DNA from: Halalkalibacterium halodurans
GTDB taxonomy: Bacteria; Bacillota; Bacilli; Bacillales; Bacillaceae_D
Assembly: GCF_004376175.1 (NCBI RefSeq)
Contig: NZ_SNUY01000002.1
Span: 1-32,000, forward strand
Length of the DNA stretch: 32,000 nt
Reading direction: 5' to 3'
Shown here: piece by piece, positions 17,279 to 26,573 of the stretch
How the letters are laid out: every line of letters begins with the position of its first letter
Numbering within the stretch: position 1 is the first letter of the stretch
Notes under the pieces: model-generated
Databases searched by the model: none
What the model saw: the letters and a program-made list of their open reading frames with translations, nothing else
What the model was told of the DNA's origin: nothing
Translations under genes and position numbers: made by a program

Positions 17279-18658
17279 GTGAAAAAATTCGTATTCATGC
17301 TTATGGTCATTTTTTGTTCTTTTTGGTTAGCTGCGTGTTCGGGAGGCTCCGAACAAACAGGAAGCGAGGAAGAATCTGCAGAAGCGGATAATGAATCGAG
17401 CGAGGAAGCCGGAGAAGGTGTGGCTAATGCTGAAAAGCTCCAAGTCGAATTTTGGCACGGGATGAGTGGTGGTTTAGGGGAAACCCTCGACGAGCTTGTG
17501 GCCACTTACAATGAATCACAAGACGAAGTAGAGATTGTACCTGAATATCAAGGTTCCTATGAGGAGCTACTGACAAAATTCCGCAGCGTGGGCGGGACAA
17601 GTGATTCACCTGGCCTCGTACAAGTGTTTGAAATTGGGACAAAATATATGATCGAAAGTGGCTTTATTACTCCGGTTCAAGAATGGATTGATAAGGACAA
17701 TTACGACGTGTCCCAATTAGAAGAAAACATTTTAACGTACTATTCCGTAGATGGGGATTTATATTCGATGCCGTTTAACTCCTCGACACCAGCCCTTTAC
17801 TACAATAAAGATGCGTTCGAAGAAGTGGGACTGGATCCAGAAAATCCACCACGCTCTTTCTCAGAAATCAAAGAGGCTGCTGAAAAGTTAACGACAGATG
17901 ATCGATACGGGTTCTCAATTCTAGGTTATGGCTGGTTCTTTGAGCAGCTACTTGCAACGCAAGGGGCCGATTATGTGAACAATGACAACGGTCGTACGGA
18001 TGAAGCAACAGAAGCTGTATTCAACGGAGAAGAGGGATTGCGGGTTTTTGAATGGATTTATGACATGAACAACGATGGCACGTTCGGGTACTTTGGAACG
18101 AACTGGGACGATCTTCGCGCTGCATTCCAAGCAGAGCAAGTCGCGATGATTCTCGACTCAACGGCGGGTATTAAAGGAACCGTGGAGGCTGCTCCATTTG
18201 AAGTTGGTGTCGGCTTCATTCCTCATGCAGATGATGTGGAGCCAAATGGTGTCATTATCGGGGGTGGCTCGATCTGGATGGCGAATGGCATTTCTGAAGA
18301 AGAGCAGGCGGCAGCGTTTGATTTCTTAAAGTATTTGCAAACCCCAGAGGTGCAAGCGGAATGGCATATCAACACGGGCTATTTTGCCATCAATCCCGAT
18401 GCTTATGAGGAGCCAATTGTTGAACAAGAGCATGAGAACATTCCACAGCTTCGCGTACCGATTGAACAGCTGCAACAGACGGTTCCATCGACAGCAACGC
18501 AAGGGGCGCTCATCCCTGTCTTCCCAGAGTCAAGACAGCACGTCGTCACGGCCCTGGAAAATATGCTGCAAGGAACGGACCCGAAAACAGCGCTTGACCA
18601 GGCGGCAGAAGGAACAAATCGGGCGATTGAGGTGTACAACCGGACAGCAGGGGAATAA
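17279..18658 (+). CDS. ugpB: Solute-binding lipoprotein, UgpB-like (sn-glycerol-3-phosphate/glycerophosphodiester binding)
   Basis: GTG start follows AAAGGAGTG. The signal peptide has lipobox LAAC, followed by a highly acidic S/E-rich linker. It is a ~440-aa family-1 SBP body. Confidence 0.8.
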   Translation: MKKFVFMLMVIFCSFWLAACSGGSEQTGSEEESAEADNESSEEAGEGVANAEKLQVEFWHGMSGGLGETLDELVATYNESQDEVEIVPEYQGSYEELLTKFRSVGGTSDSPGLVQVFEIGTKYMIESGFITPVQEWIDKDNYDVSQLEENILTYYSVDGDLYSMPFNSSTPALYYNKDAFEEVGLDPENPPRSFSEIKEAAEKLTTDDRYGFSILGYGWFFEQLLATQGADYVNNDNGRTDEATEAVFNGEEGLRVFEWIYDMNNDGTFGYFGTNWDDLRAAFQAEQVAMILDSTAGIKGTVEAAPFEVGVGFIPHADDVEPNGVIIGGGSIWMANGISEEEQAAAFDFLKYLQTPEVQAEWHINTGYFAINPDAYEEPIVEQEHENIPQLRVPIEQLQQTVPSTATQGALIPVFPESRQHVVTALENMLQGTDPKTALDQAAEGTNRAIEVYNRTAGE

Positions 18659-18756
18659 CATATAAAGAGGACGTGTTGGAGGTCTTGGGGGCGTGTCCCT
18701 TAAGGCCTTCCCGCTTTGTCGCTGGAGCATGGTACATAAAAAAGGAGTGTCGGAGT

Positions 18757-19509
18757 ATGTCCCAGAAGCAACGAACACACATTTATGCCCATCGCGGGGT
18801 GTCGTGCAAATATCCTGAAAATACGCTGAGCGCTTTTCGTGCAGCAGAAGGAGTCGGTGCTGACGGTATTGAGCTTGACGTTCAACTGACGAAAGATGAT
18901 CAACTGATCGTCATTCATGATTTGCATTTAAACCGAACGACATCGGGAAGCGGCTTAGTACGTGCCCATACATTGAGCGAACTGAAGCGGTTAGATGCAG
19001 GGAGCTGGTTCGACGAACGTTTTACAGGGGAGACGCTTCCAACGTTAGATGAAGTGTTTGCATGGGCCCAATCGAATGAGCTCATCTTTAACGTTGAATT
19101 AAAGGGAGTAGTGGAAGATCGGGATCGTTTGTTTACCGCGATCTCCGCTTGTATCGACACGTTCAAAATGAGAGATCGAGTGATCCTCTCCTCCTTTGAT
19201 CATGTGTTGATCAAGAAACTGTCGGGTTCATTTACGCGAAATCAATTAGCAGTCATTGTGATGGCGGCCCTATATGACCCAGGAGGCTATGTACAAAAAG
19301 TTGGCGCGACTGGCTATCATTTTTATTACCCGGCGATGACGGAAGCAGAGGTTTACCACTTGCTCCAGAAAGGCCTGAAGCTTCGTCCTTTTACATTAAA
19401 TCAAGAAGAGGACATCCGTCGTTATATGCAGCTCGGGGTTAATGGGATTTTCACTGATGATCCTGAGCTTGCCATAAGAGTTGCCCTTGAGCTTTCTACA
19501 ACAAAGTAA
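18757..19509 (+). CDS. ugpQ: Cytoplasmic glycerophosphodiester phosphodiesterase (GDPD family, UgpQ/YqiK-like)
   Basis: ORF 18673..19509. ATG at 18757 follows AAAAGGAG. The GDPD motifs HRG (IYAHRGVS), ENT, ELDV and IHD are present. There is no signal peptide. Confidence 0.85.
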   Translation: MSQKQRTHIYAHRGVSCKYPENTLSAFRAAEGVGADGIELDVQLTKDDQLIVIHDLHLNRTTSGSGLVRAHTLSELKRLDAGSWFDERFTGETLPTLDEVFAWAQSNELIFNVELKGVVEDRDRLFTAISACIDTFKMRDRVILSSFDHVLIKKLSGSFTRNQLAVIVMAALYDPGGYVQKVGATGYHFYYPAMTEAEVYHLLQKGLKLRPFTLNQEEDIRRYMQLGVNGIFTDDPELAIRVALELSTTK

Positions 19510-19515
19510 CAACAG

Positions 19516-19546
19516 AGCCCCGTCCAGTGTAAGAACGGGGCTTTTA
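19516..19546 (+). terminator. Rho-independent terminator ending the ugp-type operon
   Basis: AGCCCCGT (19516-19523) pairs with ACGGGGCT (19535-19542), followed by TTTT. Confidence 0.8.
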
Positions 19547-19650
19547 TGCAATTTACGGAAGGTTCACTTATCATCATTCAGATTAGGGGAAGACAAGTTT
19601 CGCTAATACGGCTAGAAAGTGTAAAGTGCTGACAATGAAGATCGTTCAAC

Positions 19651-20475
19651 TTAAACAACAACCGCCTCTCGCGTTTCGTTTTCTATGGTTTCCCTGAGGG
19701 TATCATAGGAAAGACAGACAGGCTTCCCACTTGTCGGGTCATTGACAATCGTCGCTTCAATTTGGAAAACGTCACGTAAAACATCTGAACACATGACATC
19801 CTCTGGCGTGCCCTCTTTTACGACCGTTCCTTTTCGCAAAGCAATTAAATAATCGGAAAAACGAGCGGCATGGTTTAAATCATGAAGAACCATCACGATC
19901 GTGCGCCCTTCTTGTTCGTTGAGCTTTTTTAGAAGCAACAACACTTCTAGTTGATGGGCCATATCTAAATACGTTGTTGGCTCATCAAGAAGGAGGAGCG
20001 GTGTTTGTTGTGCAAGCGCCATCGCAATCCATACCCGTTGCCGCTGCCCACCTGATAACGCCTGAATCGGGCGATGACGGAACTCTTCAAGTCCAGTAGA
20101 GTGTAGTGCTTTTTCGACGATTTGATGGTCGGCTTCAGTTAAACGTCCGAACCCCTTTTGATGGGGAAAACGGCCATATGAGACGAGCTCATATACAGTA
20201 AGTTCTCCAGGAGATTCCGGTGTTTGCGGGAGAATCGCCATTTTTTTAGCGATGTCCCTTGTTTTTTGTTTGTGAATCGCCTTCCCATCTAAATAAGCTA
20301 CGCCGGATTGTGGAGCATGGATCCGTGAGATCGTTTTGAGAATCGTCGATTTCCCGCAGCCATTTGCGCCGATGATCGTCGTGATTTTCCCTTCTGGAAT
20401 GGCAATGTTGAGATCCTCTACAATTTTTGTATCGCCGTAACCGATCGACAATGACTCCGTATAAATGATGGACAT
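19651..20475 (-). CDS. Ferric-siderophore ABC transporter ATP-binding protein (FhuC/YusV-like)
   Basis: Walker A GANGCGKST, signature LSGGQRQR and Walker B LLLLDEPTT are present. The ~270-aa size and the YGRFPH motif are typical of iron(III)-chelate ATPases. Confidence 0.9.
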   Translation of the reverse strand: MSIIYTESLSIGYGDTKIVEDLNIAIPEGKITTIIGANGCGKSTILKTISRIHAPQSGVAYLDGKAIHKQKTRDIAKKMAILPQTPESPGELTVYELVSYGRFPHQKGFGRLTEADHQIVEKALHSTGLEEFRHRPIQALSGGQRQRVWIAMALAQQTPLLLLDEPTTYLDMAHQLEVLLLLKKLNEQEGRTIVMVLHDLNHAARFSDYLIALRKGTVVKEGTPEDVMCSDVLRDVFQIEATIVNDPTSGKPVCLSYDTLRETIENETREAVVV

Positions 20476-20486
20476 GGTTTTCCTCC

Positions 20487-21491
20487 TTACGGTGTTTTAA
20501 TGAGTAAATAGATGAAATAAGGGGCGCCAAAAAAGGCAACCACGATGCCAACAGGAATTTCATTTGGTGCCAGCAAATGACGAGCAACAAAATCGGCAAA
20601 CAATAGGAGCAATGAGCCGGTTAATGCGGCCGCAGGAAGGAGGACGTAATGGTTCGGTCCTACCACGCGGCGGGCAAGGTGAGGGGCGATTAAGCCTAAA
20701 AAGGAAATCGCACCGCCGACAGCGACGCACGAACCGGCAAGGGCCACGGCTGCAAATAAGAGCCAGCGCCGCTCGCTTTCAACTTGTGTGCCAAGCCCAA
20801 CCGCAACCGGATCGCCTAAGTTCAAGACATTTAAATAACGAGCCTTATATAAAACGAGTGGAAGGAACAGAACAATCCATGGAAGTAAGCTTAAAACATA
20901 GCTCCAATTCGCTCCCCATATGGCACCGGTTAACCAAATCGTTGCACTCATAAAATCGCGCGGTTCCATTCGCAATTGAAAAATGAGAATCGCGGCTGAA
21001 AATAAACCGGCAATTCCGATCCCTACAAGGATAAGGCGCGTCGGTGTCACTTCCCCTTTCTTTAACGCGAAAAGGTAGATTAAGACGGCGGCTGTTGCTG
21101 CTCCCATTAGGGCAAACAGCGGCATAAGAAAAATGTTAAAGGTAGATAGGCCGGTTATGCTTCCTTGCACAAAGGAAATAAATAAGACGACGGCAAGCCC
21201 AGCTCCGGCGTTAATCCCGATAATGCCTGGATCTGCTAAAGCATTTCTCGTAATCCCCTGCAAGATTGTACCAGCAACCGCCAGTCCGGCACCGATCAGC
21301 AATGCTAGCACCATTCGCGGCAAGCGAAAGCTGAACAGGACGAGCTCTTGCCGTTCGGACCCCATCCCAATCAATGTTTTCAATACATCTGAAGGAGGAA
21401 TTCGAACAGCTCCCGTATTGAGACTAACAATGAACGTAATAAAAATAAGAACAGAAACGATAATAAAGTATGTCATGTTGCGACGGTTCAC
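20487..21491 (-). CDS. FecCD-family iron-siderophore ABC permease
   Basis: 334-aa polytopic protein with FecCD-type motifs (LPRMVLALLIGAGLAVAG.ILQG.TRN.LADPGIIGI). Confidence 0.9.
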   Translation of the reverse strand: MNRRNMTYFIIVSVLIFITFIVSLNTGAVRIPPSDVLKTLIGMGSERQELVLFSFRLPRMVLALLIGAGLAVAGTILQGITRNALADPGIIGINAGAGLAVVLFISFVQGSITGLSTFNIFLMPLFALMGAATAAVLIYLFALKKGEVTPTRLILVGIGIAGLFSAAILIFQLRMEPRDFMSATIWLTGAIWGANWSYVLSLLPWIVLFLPLVLYKARYLNVLNLGDPVAVGLGTQVESERRWLLFAAVALAGSCVAVGGAISFLGLIAPHLARRVVGPNHYVLLPAAALTGSLLLLFADFVARHLLAPNEIPVGIVVAFFGAPYFIYLLIKTP

Positions 21492-22507
21492 TATAAACCC
21501 CTCCGATCTCGGCGTGCTAGATAGAGAAAGAATGGGACACCGACAAGGGCGGTGATGGCCCCAATCGGAGTTTCAAATGGAGGATTCACCATTCGAGACC
21601 CAATGTCTGCGAGCACAAGTAGGAGGGCGCCAAAAACCGCCGAACATGGTAGCACGACCCGATAGTCAACTCCGACAAGAAAGCGCGTCACGTGGGGGAT
21701 GATTAACCCGACAAACCCGACCGCTCCTGCTACTGAAACGGCGGCTCCGGTTAATAGGAGGACGGCAAGAATGGCCACAATCCGGACAAAGAACGTTCGT
21801 TGTCCTAATCCTACCGCCACTTCATCTCCTAAACTAAGAACGGTAATGGAACGGGCAATGAACAAGGATAAAAAGAGACCGAGCAAAAAGACAGGTACGA
21901 GAAATTGAATCTGTGTCCAGTTTGTTCCAGCAACGCCGCCCGCATACCAAAAGCTTACATGTTGCGCAACTTGAAAATGGATAGCAATCCCTGTCGCAAG
22001 CGAGTCAAGGAGGGCACCGATTGCGACGCCTGCCAACGCTAACTTCACAGGAGAGAGCTGTCCCTTTGCTAGAAAGACAATTGAGAAAACGAGTGCTGCT
22101 GCAACTCCCGCTCCTGCAAACGACATTAACATCGTTTGTAAAAATGAAATCCCAGGAATGAAAGCAAACGCAATGGCGATCGCAAGGGTTGAGCCGTCCG
22201 TTAATCCTAAAATGGAAGGAGAGGCGAGCGGGTTGCGTGTCATTCCTTGCATGATCGCGCCTGAAATGGCGAGACATGCGCCCACAAGTGCCGCGGCAAC
22301 GGAACGAGGGATCCGCAATTCTTGGATAATTTGGTGTTCGGTTAACGTCGGGTCAAAAGCAAATACTGCTTGCCAGACGGTTTTAAAGCCCACGTCGGCC
22401 GCTCCTAAGGAAATCGAAGCTGCCATAGCTACGGCCAATAATACCAGACCAATGATCGCCGCGATGGCACCAATAATCGGTCTGGATATGTATTCATTTT
22501 TTCGCAC
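21491..22507 (-). CDS. FecCD-family iron-siderophore ABC permease
   Basis: 338 aa. GTG start lies 6 nt after GAAGGTGA. Motif RIPRSVAAALVGACLAISGAIMQGMTRNPLASPSILG. Its last base is shared with the start codon of the next permease gene. Confidence 0.9.
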   Translation of the reverse strand: MRKNEYISRPIIGAIAAIIGLVLLAVAMAASISLGAADVGFKTVWQAVFAFDPTLTEHQIIQELRIPRSVAAALVGACLAISGAIMQGMTRNPLASPSILGLTDGSTLAIAIAFAFIPGISFLQTMLMSFAGAGVAAALVFSIVFLAKGQLSPVKLALAGVAIGALLDSLATGIAIHFQVAQHVSFWYAGGVAGTNWTQIQFLVPVFLLGLFLSLFIARSITVLSLGDEVAVGLGQRTFFVRIVAILAVLLLTGAAVSVAGAVGFVGLIIPHVTRFLVGVDYRVVLPCSAVFGALLLVLADIGSRMVNPPFETPIGAITALVGVPFFLYLARRDRRGL

Positions 22508-22541
22508 AGGGTGTCACCTTCTAGAAATATACAATTAATAT

Positions 22542-22556
22542 TGATAATCATTATCA
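22542..22556. promoter_or_regulatory. Fur box (perfect 7-1-7 palindrome TGATAATCATTATCA)
   Basis: It matches the Bacillus Fur 7-1-7 consensus TGATAATnATTATCA exactly. It is located 8 nt downstream of the predicted -10 of the siderophore-permease operon. Confidence 0.85.
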
Positions 22557-22564
22557 CTCAAATA

Positions 22565-22593
22565 AGTATATAACGGAAAGAAGAAAGATTCAA
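22565..22593 (-). promoter_or_regulatory. Sigma-A promoter of the iron-siderophore ABC operon
   Basis: On the minus strand the sequence reads TTGAAT (complement of 22588-22593), a 17-nt spacer, then TATACT (complement of 22565-22570). Confidence 0.6.
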
Positions 22594-22623
22594 TGAAAAA
22601 ACAGAAGGAGGACTGAATTTGAA

Positions 22624-22659
22624 AACGCCCTAAGCATGACGATAGATGCTTAAGGCGTT
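22624..22659 (-). terminator. Rho-independent terminator of glgP
   Basis: AACGCCCTAAGCAT pairs with ATGCTTAAGGCGTT (a 14-bp stem with one mismatch). On the minus strand it is followed by TTTTC. It lies 10 nt after the glgP stop. Confidence 0.85.
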
Positions 22660-22668
22660 TAGAAGAGG

Positions 22669-25116
22669 TTACCGCGATTGGGTGGTCGAGGAAATCGTGA
22701 CAGGGTGAATGTCCCAAATCTCACTTGCATATTCAGAGATCGTTCGATCACTTGAAAATTTTCCGGAATGAGCGATGTTCGTAATGCTCTTTTTCAACCA
22801 CTCTGTCGGTTGACGATAGGCTTGCTCAAGCAAGTCTTGAGCTTCCACGTATGAATCAAAATCTTTCAGCACGAAATACTCATCATTATTTGAAAGGAGG
22901 GTATAGTAAATGTCTTTAAACTCCACGTCGTCATTGGATAACGAGCCGTTGACGAGCTGATCCATCACGCGGCGAATCCGTTGATCACCGTTGTATACAT
23001 CCCGTGAGCGATACATGCGTGAAAGCTGATAGGCGAGCACATCTTCAGCCGTTAATCCGAATGTGAAAATATTATCCGGCCCGACCATTTCACGAATTTC
23101 TACATTCGCACCATCTAATGTCCCAATCGTGATCGCGCCATTCATCATGAATTTCATGTTACCTGTGCCAGAAGCTTCTTTGCTCGCCGTTGAAATTTGC
23201 TCACTTACATCTGTAGCAGGGATAATCTGTTCCGCTAATGATACGTTATAGTTTTCGAGAAATACCACTCTGATCTTCTCTCTAACGATTGGATCTGCTG
23301 CGATTTTTGCGGCAGTCGTCGTAATCAGCTTAATGACCTTTTTCGCAAAGTGGTACCCTGGAGCAGCTTTGGCACCGAAAATAAACGTCCGTGGAACCAT
23401 ATCCATGTTCGGATTATCGCGGATCATTTCATACAAATGAAGAATGTGAAAAACATTTAACAGCTGCCTTTTATAGCCATGAAGCCGTTTAATGTGCACA
23501 TCAAAGATTGAGCGATCATCGACGCGGATGCCTGTTCTCTCTTGAATGTATTTGGCCAATGCTGTTTTATTTGCCTGTTTCACTCCAGCAATTTTCTCTT
23601 GAAATGCCGCGTCACCGGCATATTTAAGCAAGGTGATCAATTGCTTCGGTTCACGGACCCACGTTTCTCCGATCGCTTCGGTAATAAGTGACGCGAGGGG
23701 TGGATTGGCCATCAATAGCCAACGCCGGTGGGTGATTCCGTTCGTTTTATTGTTGAATTTTTCCGGGAAGACCGTATAGAACGGCTTCATCACACTATTT
23801 TTTAAAATGTCTGTGTGAAGTTTGGCGACGCCGTTTACGCTATAGCTACCGACAATAGCTAAATGAGCCATATGAATTTGCCCGTAAGAAATGATCGCCA
23901 TATGTTTAATTTCGTCCCGTAGCGTCGGATGGGCAAGCCAAAGATGGCGACAAAAGCGCTCGTTAATCTCGTGAATGATCATGTAAATCCGTGGCAATAA
24001 CGTTTTAACCATATCAACTGGCCATGTTTCTAACGCTTCGCTCATCGTTGTATGATTCGTATAAGCAACCGTGCGTGTCGTAAGCTCCCATGCTTTTTCC
24101 CACGAAAGTTGTTCTTGATCCAAAAGCAATCGCATGAGCTCAGGGATGACAAGACTCGGGTGGGTATCATTGATTTGAATCGCTATTTTTTCAGGTAAAA
24201 GATCGACCGATGGATAAGAGTTTTTAAATTCCCGCAAAATGCACTGCAAGCCAGCCGACACGAGAAAGTATTGCTGTTTCAAGCGAAGCAGGCGGCCTTC
24301 GTACGAAGAGTCATCTGGATAGAGAAACTCGGAAATCTGTTCAACCGAACGCTTATAATCTAAGTAGTGGTAATAGTCTTTTCGATCAATTGAATAAAAG
24401 TGAAAGTCATTGGTTGTCGATTCTGCGCTCCAAAGCCTAAGGGTGTTCACCGTATTGTTTTGATACCCTGATACCGGAATATCATACGGGACCGCTAGTA
24501 CTTTTTCATAGTGATGATGTTTAAACGTCAGGCGGCCACTCTCTTCCACGGTTTCGATTTCACCACCAAAATGAACCTCCACTGTTTGGTCCAGCCTTTT
24601 TGTCTCCCACACATATTCATTTTTAAGCCAATAATCTGGTAATTCCACTTGGTTGCCGTCGACGATTTTTTGTTGAAATAGGCCGTATTTATAGCGAATC
24701 CCGCAGCCGTGGCCCGGCAGCTCCAAAGAGGCTAGGGAATCAAGAAAGCAAGCGGCTAACCGACCGAGGCCACCATTGCCTAATCCAGGATCCTGCTCTT
24801 GGCCGAGAACTTCTTCCAAGTTAAAACCAAGCTCTTCAAGCCCTTGTTTGCAAGTTTCCAACAGGCCTGAGTTCAAAAGGTTGGTTGTCATTAAGCGTCC
24901 GAGTAAAAATTCCATTGAGAAGTAATACACTTGTTTTTGTGAGTTGCTTCGGTACGTTCCTTTCGTATCCTGCCATTTTCGATTAAGGAGCTCTCGCAAA
25001 ATGAGGCCCACTGTTTGAAAGGCCTCAAAAGGGGTGGCCTTCTCAACCTTTTTCCCAAAGGTCGTCATTAATTTATCGCTGAATTGCTGGCGGAACTCGT
25101 GAACGAATAGACTCAT
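22669..25116 (-). CDS. glgP: Glycogen/maltodextrin phosphorylase (GT35)
   Basis: 815 aa. It carries the pyridoxal-phosphate lysine motif EASGTGNMKFMMNG and an N-terminal GNGGLGRLAACFLDS motif. Confidence 0.95.
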   Translation of the reverse strand: MSLFVHEFRQQFSDKLMTTFGKKVEKATPFEAFQTVGLILRELLNRKWQDTKGTYRSNSQKQVYYFSMEFLLGRLMTTNLLNSGLLETCKQGLEELGFNLEEVLGQEQDPGLGNGGLGRLAACFLDSLASLELPGHGCGIRYKYGLFQQKIVDGNQVELPDYWLKNEYVWETKRLDQTVEVHFGGEIETVEESGRLTFKHHHYEKVLAVPYDIPVSGYQNNTVNTLRLWSAESTTNDFHFYSIDRKDYYHYLDYKRSVEQISEFLYPDDSSYEGRLLRLKQQYFLVSAGLQCILREFKNSYPSVDLLPEKIAIQINDTHPSLVIPELMRLLLDQEQLSWEKAWELTTRTVAYTNHTTMSEALETWPVDMVKTLLPRIYMIIHEINERFCRHLWLAHPTLRDEIKHMAIISYGQIHMAHLAIVGSYSVNGVAKLHTDILKNSVMKPFYTVFPEKFNNKTNGITHRRWLLMANPPLASLITEAIGETWVREPKQLITLLKYAGDAAFQEKIAGVKQANKTALAKYIQERTGIRVDDRSIFDVHIKRLHGYKRQLLNVFHILHLYEMIRDNPNMDMVPRTFIFGAKAAPGYHFAKKVIKLITTTAAKIAADPIVREKIRVVFLENYNVSLAEQIIPATDVSEQISTASKEASGTGNMKFMMNGAITIGTLDGANVEIREMVGPDNIFTFGLTAEDVLAYQLSRMYRSRDVYNGDQRIRRVMDQLVNGSLSNDDVEFKDIYYTLLSNNDEYFVLKDFDSYVEAQDLLEQAYRQPTEWLKKSITNIAHSGKFSSDRTISEYASEIWDIHPVTISSTTQSR

Positions 25117-26543
25117 GCCTCCACCTTCCTTTTCCCTAGTATTTCTTCATAAAGCGCTGTATATTGTTTGGCGGAAACGTCCCATCCTACTTCCGAGTTG
25201 TAGATGTTAAGCAAAAGGTTTTCCCACTCTTTTTCCGTACGATAAAAACGGAGGGCTCGCTTGATTGTATACAAGAAATCATGGGCGTTATAGTGAGTAA
25301 AACTGAATCCATTTCCTTTGCCTATTTCTTCATTATAGGATTGAATCGTGTCATATAACCCTCCTGTTTCACGAACGATTGGAACCGTTTCGTAGCGAAG
25401 GGAAATCATTTGGCTAAGTCCGCACGGTTCGAATCGGGACGGCATGATGAATAAATCAGCCCCTGCATAAAGCTTACGTGCGAGCGGCTCCGCAAACACA
25501 CATTTAAATGAAATTTGATGTGGATGCAAAGAAGCTAGATGATGCAGTTGGTCCTCTAAAGAAGGATCGCCTGTACCGAGAATGGCGAGCTGCACATTTT
25601 CCGTTGTCACAAGTTCACCTGCAATTTGGGTGAGAAGAGGGACCCCTTTCTCTTCTACGAGACGGTTGACCATCGCAATAAGAGGAATGTCCTTGCGCTC
25701 TGGCAATTCAAACAGACGTTGGATGACCTGTTTGTTTTTCCGTTTTTCCATTTGATTGTGCTTATAAGGATACGTAACATGCGGATCGGTTTTTGGATCG
25801 AAATCCTCCAGGTCAATCCCATTTAAAATACCTCTTGTTTTTCCTCGTTCTTGATGAAGCAATCCGTGCAAGCCTTCGCCAAAGGCAGGGGTTTGTATTT
25901 CCTGAGCATATGTTGGGCTTACCGTTGTAACCCGGTCAGAATGGACGAGTGCTCCCTTCAAAAAATTGATCGCACCGTCCATCTCTAATCCAGCAAAGTG
26001 CTCTGGCGCAAAGTGAAGCAATTCGCGAAAAACATCAAGGGGAAAGGCTCCTTGATAGCGAAGGTTATGGATTGTGAACACCGTTGGTACGGGATTTTCG
26101 ACGGAACCCGTTTTCATATAGGCAGGAATAAGACCTGACTGCCAATCATGGCAATGAATTAAATCAGGTGATTCATCAAGGAACGGTAAAGAGCTAAGAA
26201 CAGCATGATTAAAAAATGTGAACCGTTCAGCCTCATCGAGATAGCCGTAAAGGCGTTCCCGCTTAAAGTAATATTCGTTATCGATGAAGTAGTAGGTCAC
26301 TCCTTGATCTACAAACTGCTCCAGTCCACAATATTGATTTCGCCATGTGACGGAGACCGTGAACGATTTTTTTAACGTTAATTGGTTCTGCCATTCGTCA
26401 GAGAGGTGTCCATATTTTGGTAGGATGACGGAAACATTGATCCCTTGTTTTATAAGAGCTTTTGGGAGCGAACCGAGAACGTCGGCAAGTCCCCCTGTTT
26501 TGAAAAAAGGGCTGCATTCTGAAGCGACGTGTAACACATTCAC
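25113..26543 (-). CDS. glgA: Glycogen synthase (ADP-glucose dependent, GT5)
   Basis: 476 aa. The N-terminal motif is SECSPFFKTGGLADV. There is a 4-nt overlap with the glgP start. Confidence 0.95.
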   Translation of the reverse strand: MNVLHVASECSPFFKTGGLADVLGSLPKALIKQGINVSVILPKYGHLSDEWQNQLTLKKSFTVSVTWRNQYCGLEQFVDQGVTYYFIDNEYYFKRERLYGYLDEAERFTFFNHAVLSSLPFLDESPDLIHCHDWQSGLIPAYMKTGSVENPVPTVFTIHNLRYQGAFPLDVFRELLHFAPEHFAGLEMDGAINFLKGALVHSDRVTTVSPTYAQEIQTPAFGEGLHGLLHQERGKTRGILNGIDLEDFDPKTDPHVTYPYKHNQMEKRKNKQVIQRLFELPERKDIPLIAMVNRLVEEKGVPLLTQIAGELVTTENVQLAILGTGDPSLEDQLHHLASLHPHQISFKCVFAEPLARKLYAGADLFIMPSRFEPCGLSQMISLRYETVPIVRETGGLYDTIQSYNEEIGKGNGFSFTHYNAHDFLYTIKRALRFYRTEKEWENLLLNIYNSEVGWDVSAKQYTALYEEILGKRKVEA

Positions 26544-26573
26544 TGTTGTTCTCTCCTTTTACGTGAGCTTAAT

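Noticed and set aside
17242-18782. Multiple 60-95-aa alternative-frame and antisense ORFs over the ugpB-like gene and the ugpQ 5' region (for example 17242..17505 -, 18384..18665 +, 18530..18778 -). Also the 28-codon extension of the GDPD ORF from 18673.
   Set aside because: All are nested in or overlap strongly supported genes, lack SD sites and have low-complexity Ser/Arg/Cys-rich translations. The GDPD ATG at 18757 has an AAAAGGAG SD.
20564-22538. Plus-strand ORFs of 69-140 aa (20564..20953, 21133..21555, 21699..21908, 22158..22538) antisense to the FecCD permease genes.
   Set aside because: They lie entirely inside well-supported minus-strand membrane-protein genes. They have no SD sites. 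Their Arg/Pro/Ala-rich composition is typical of the antisense frame of hydrophobic, GC-richer genes.
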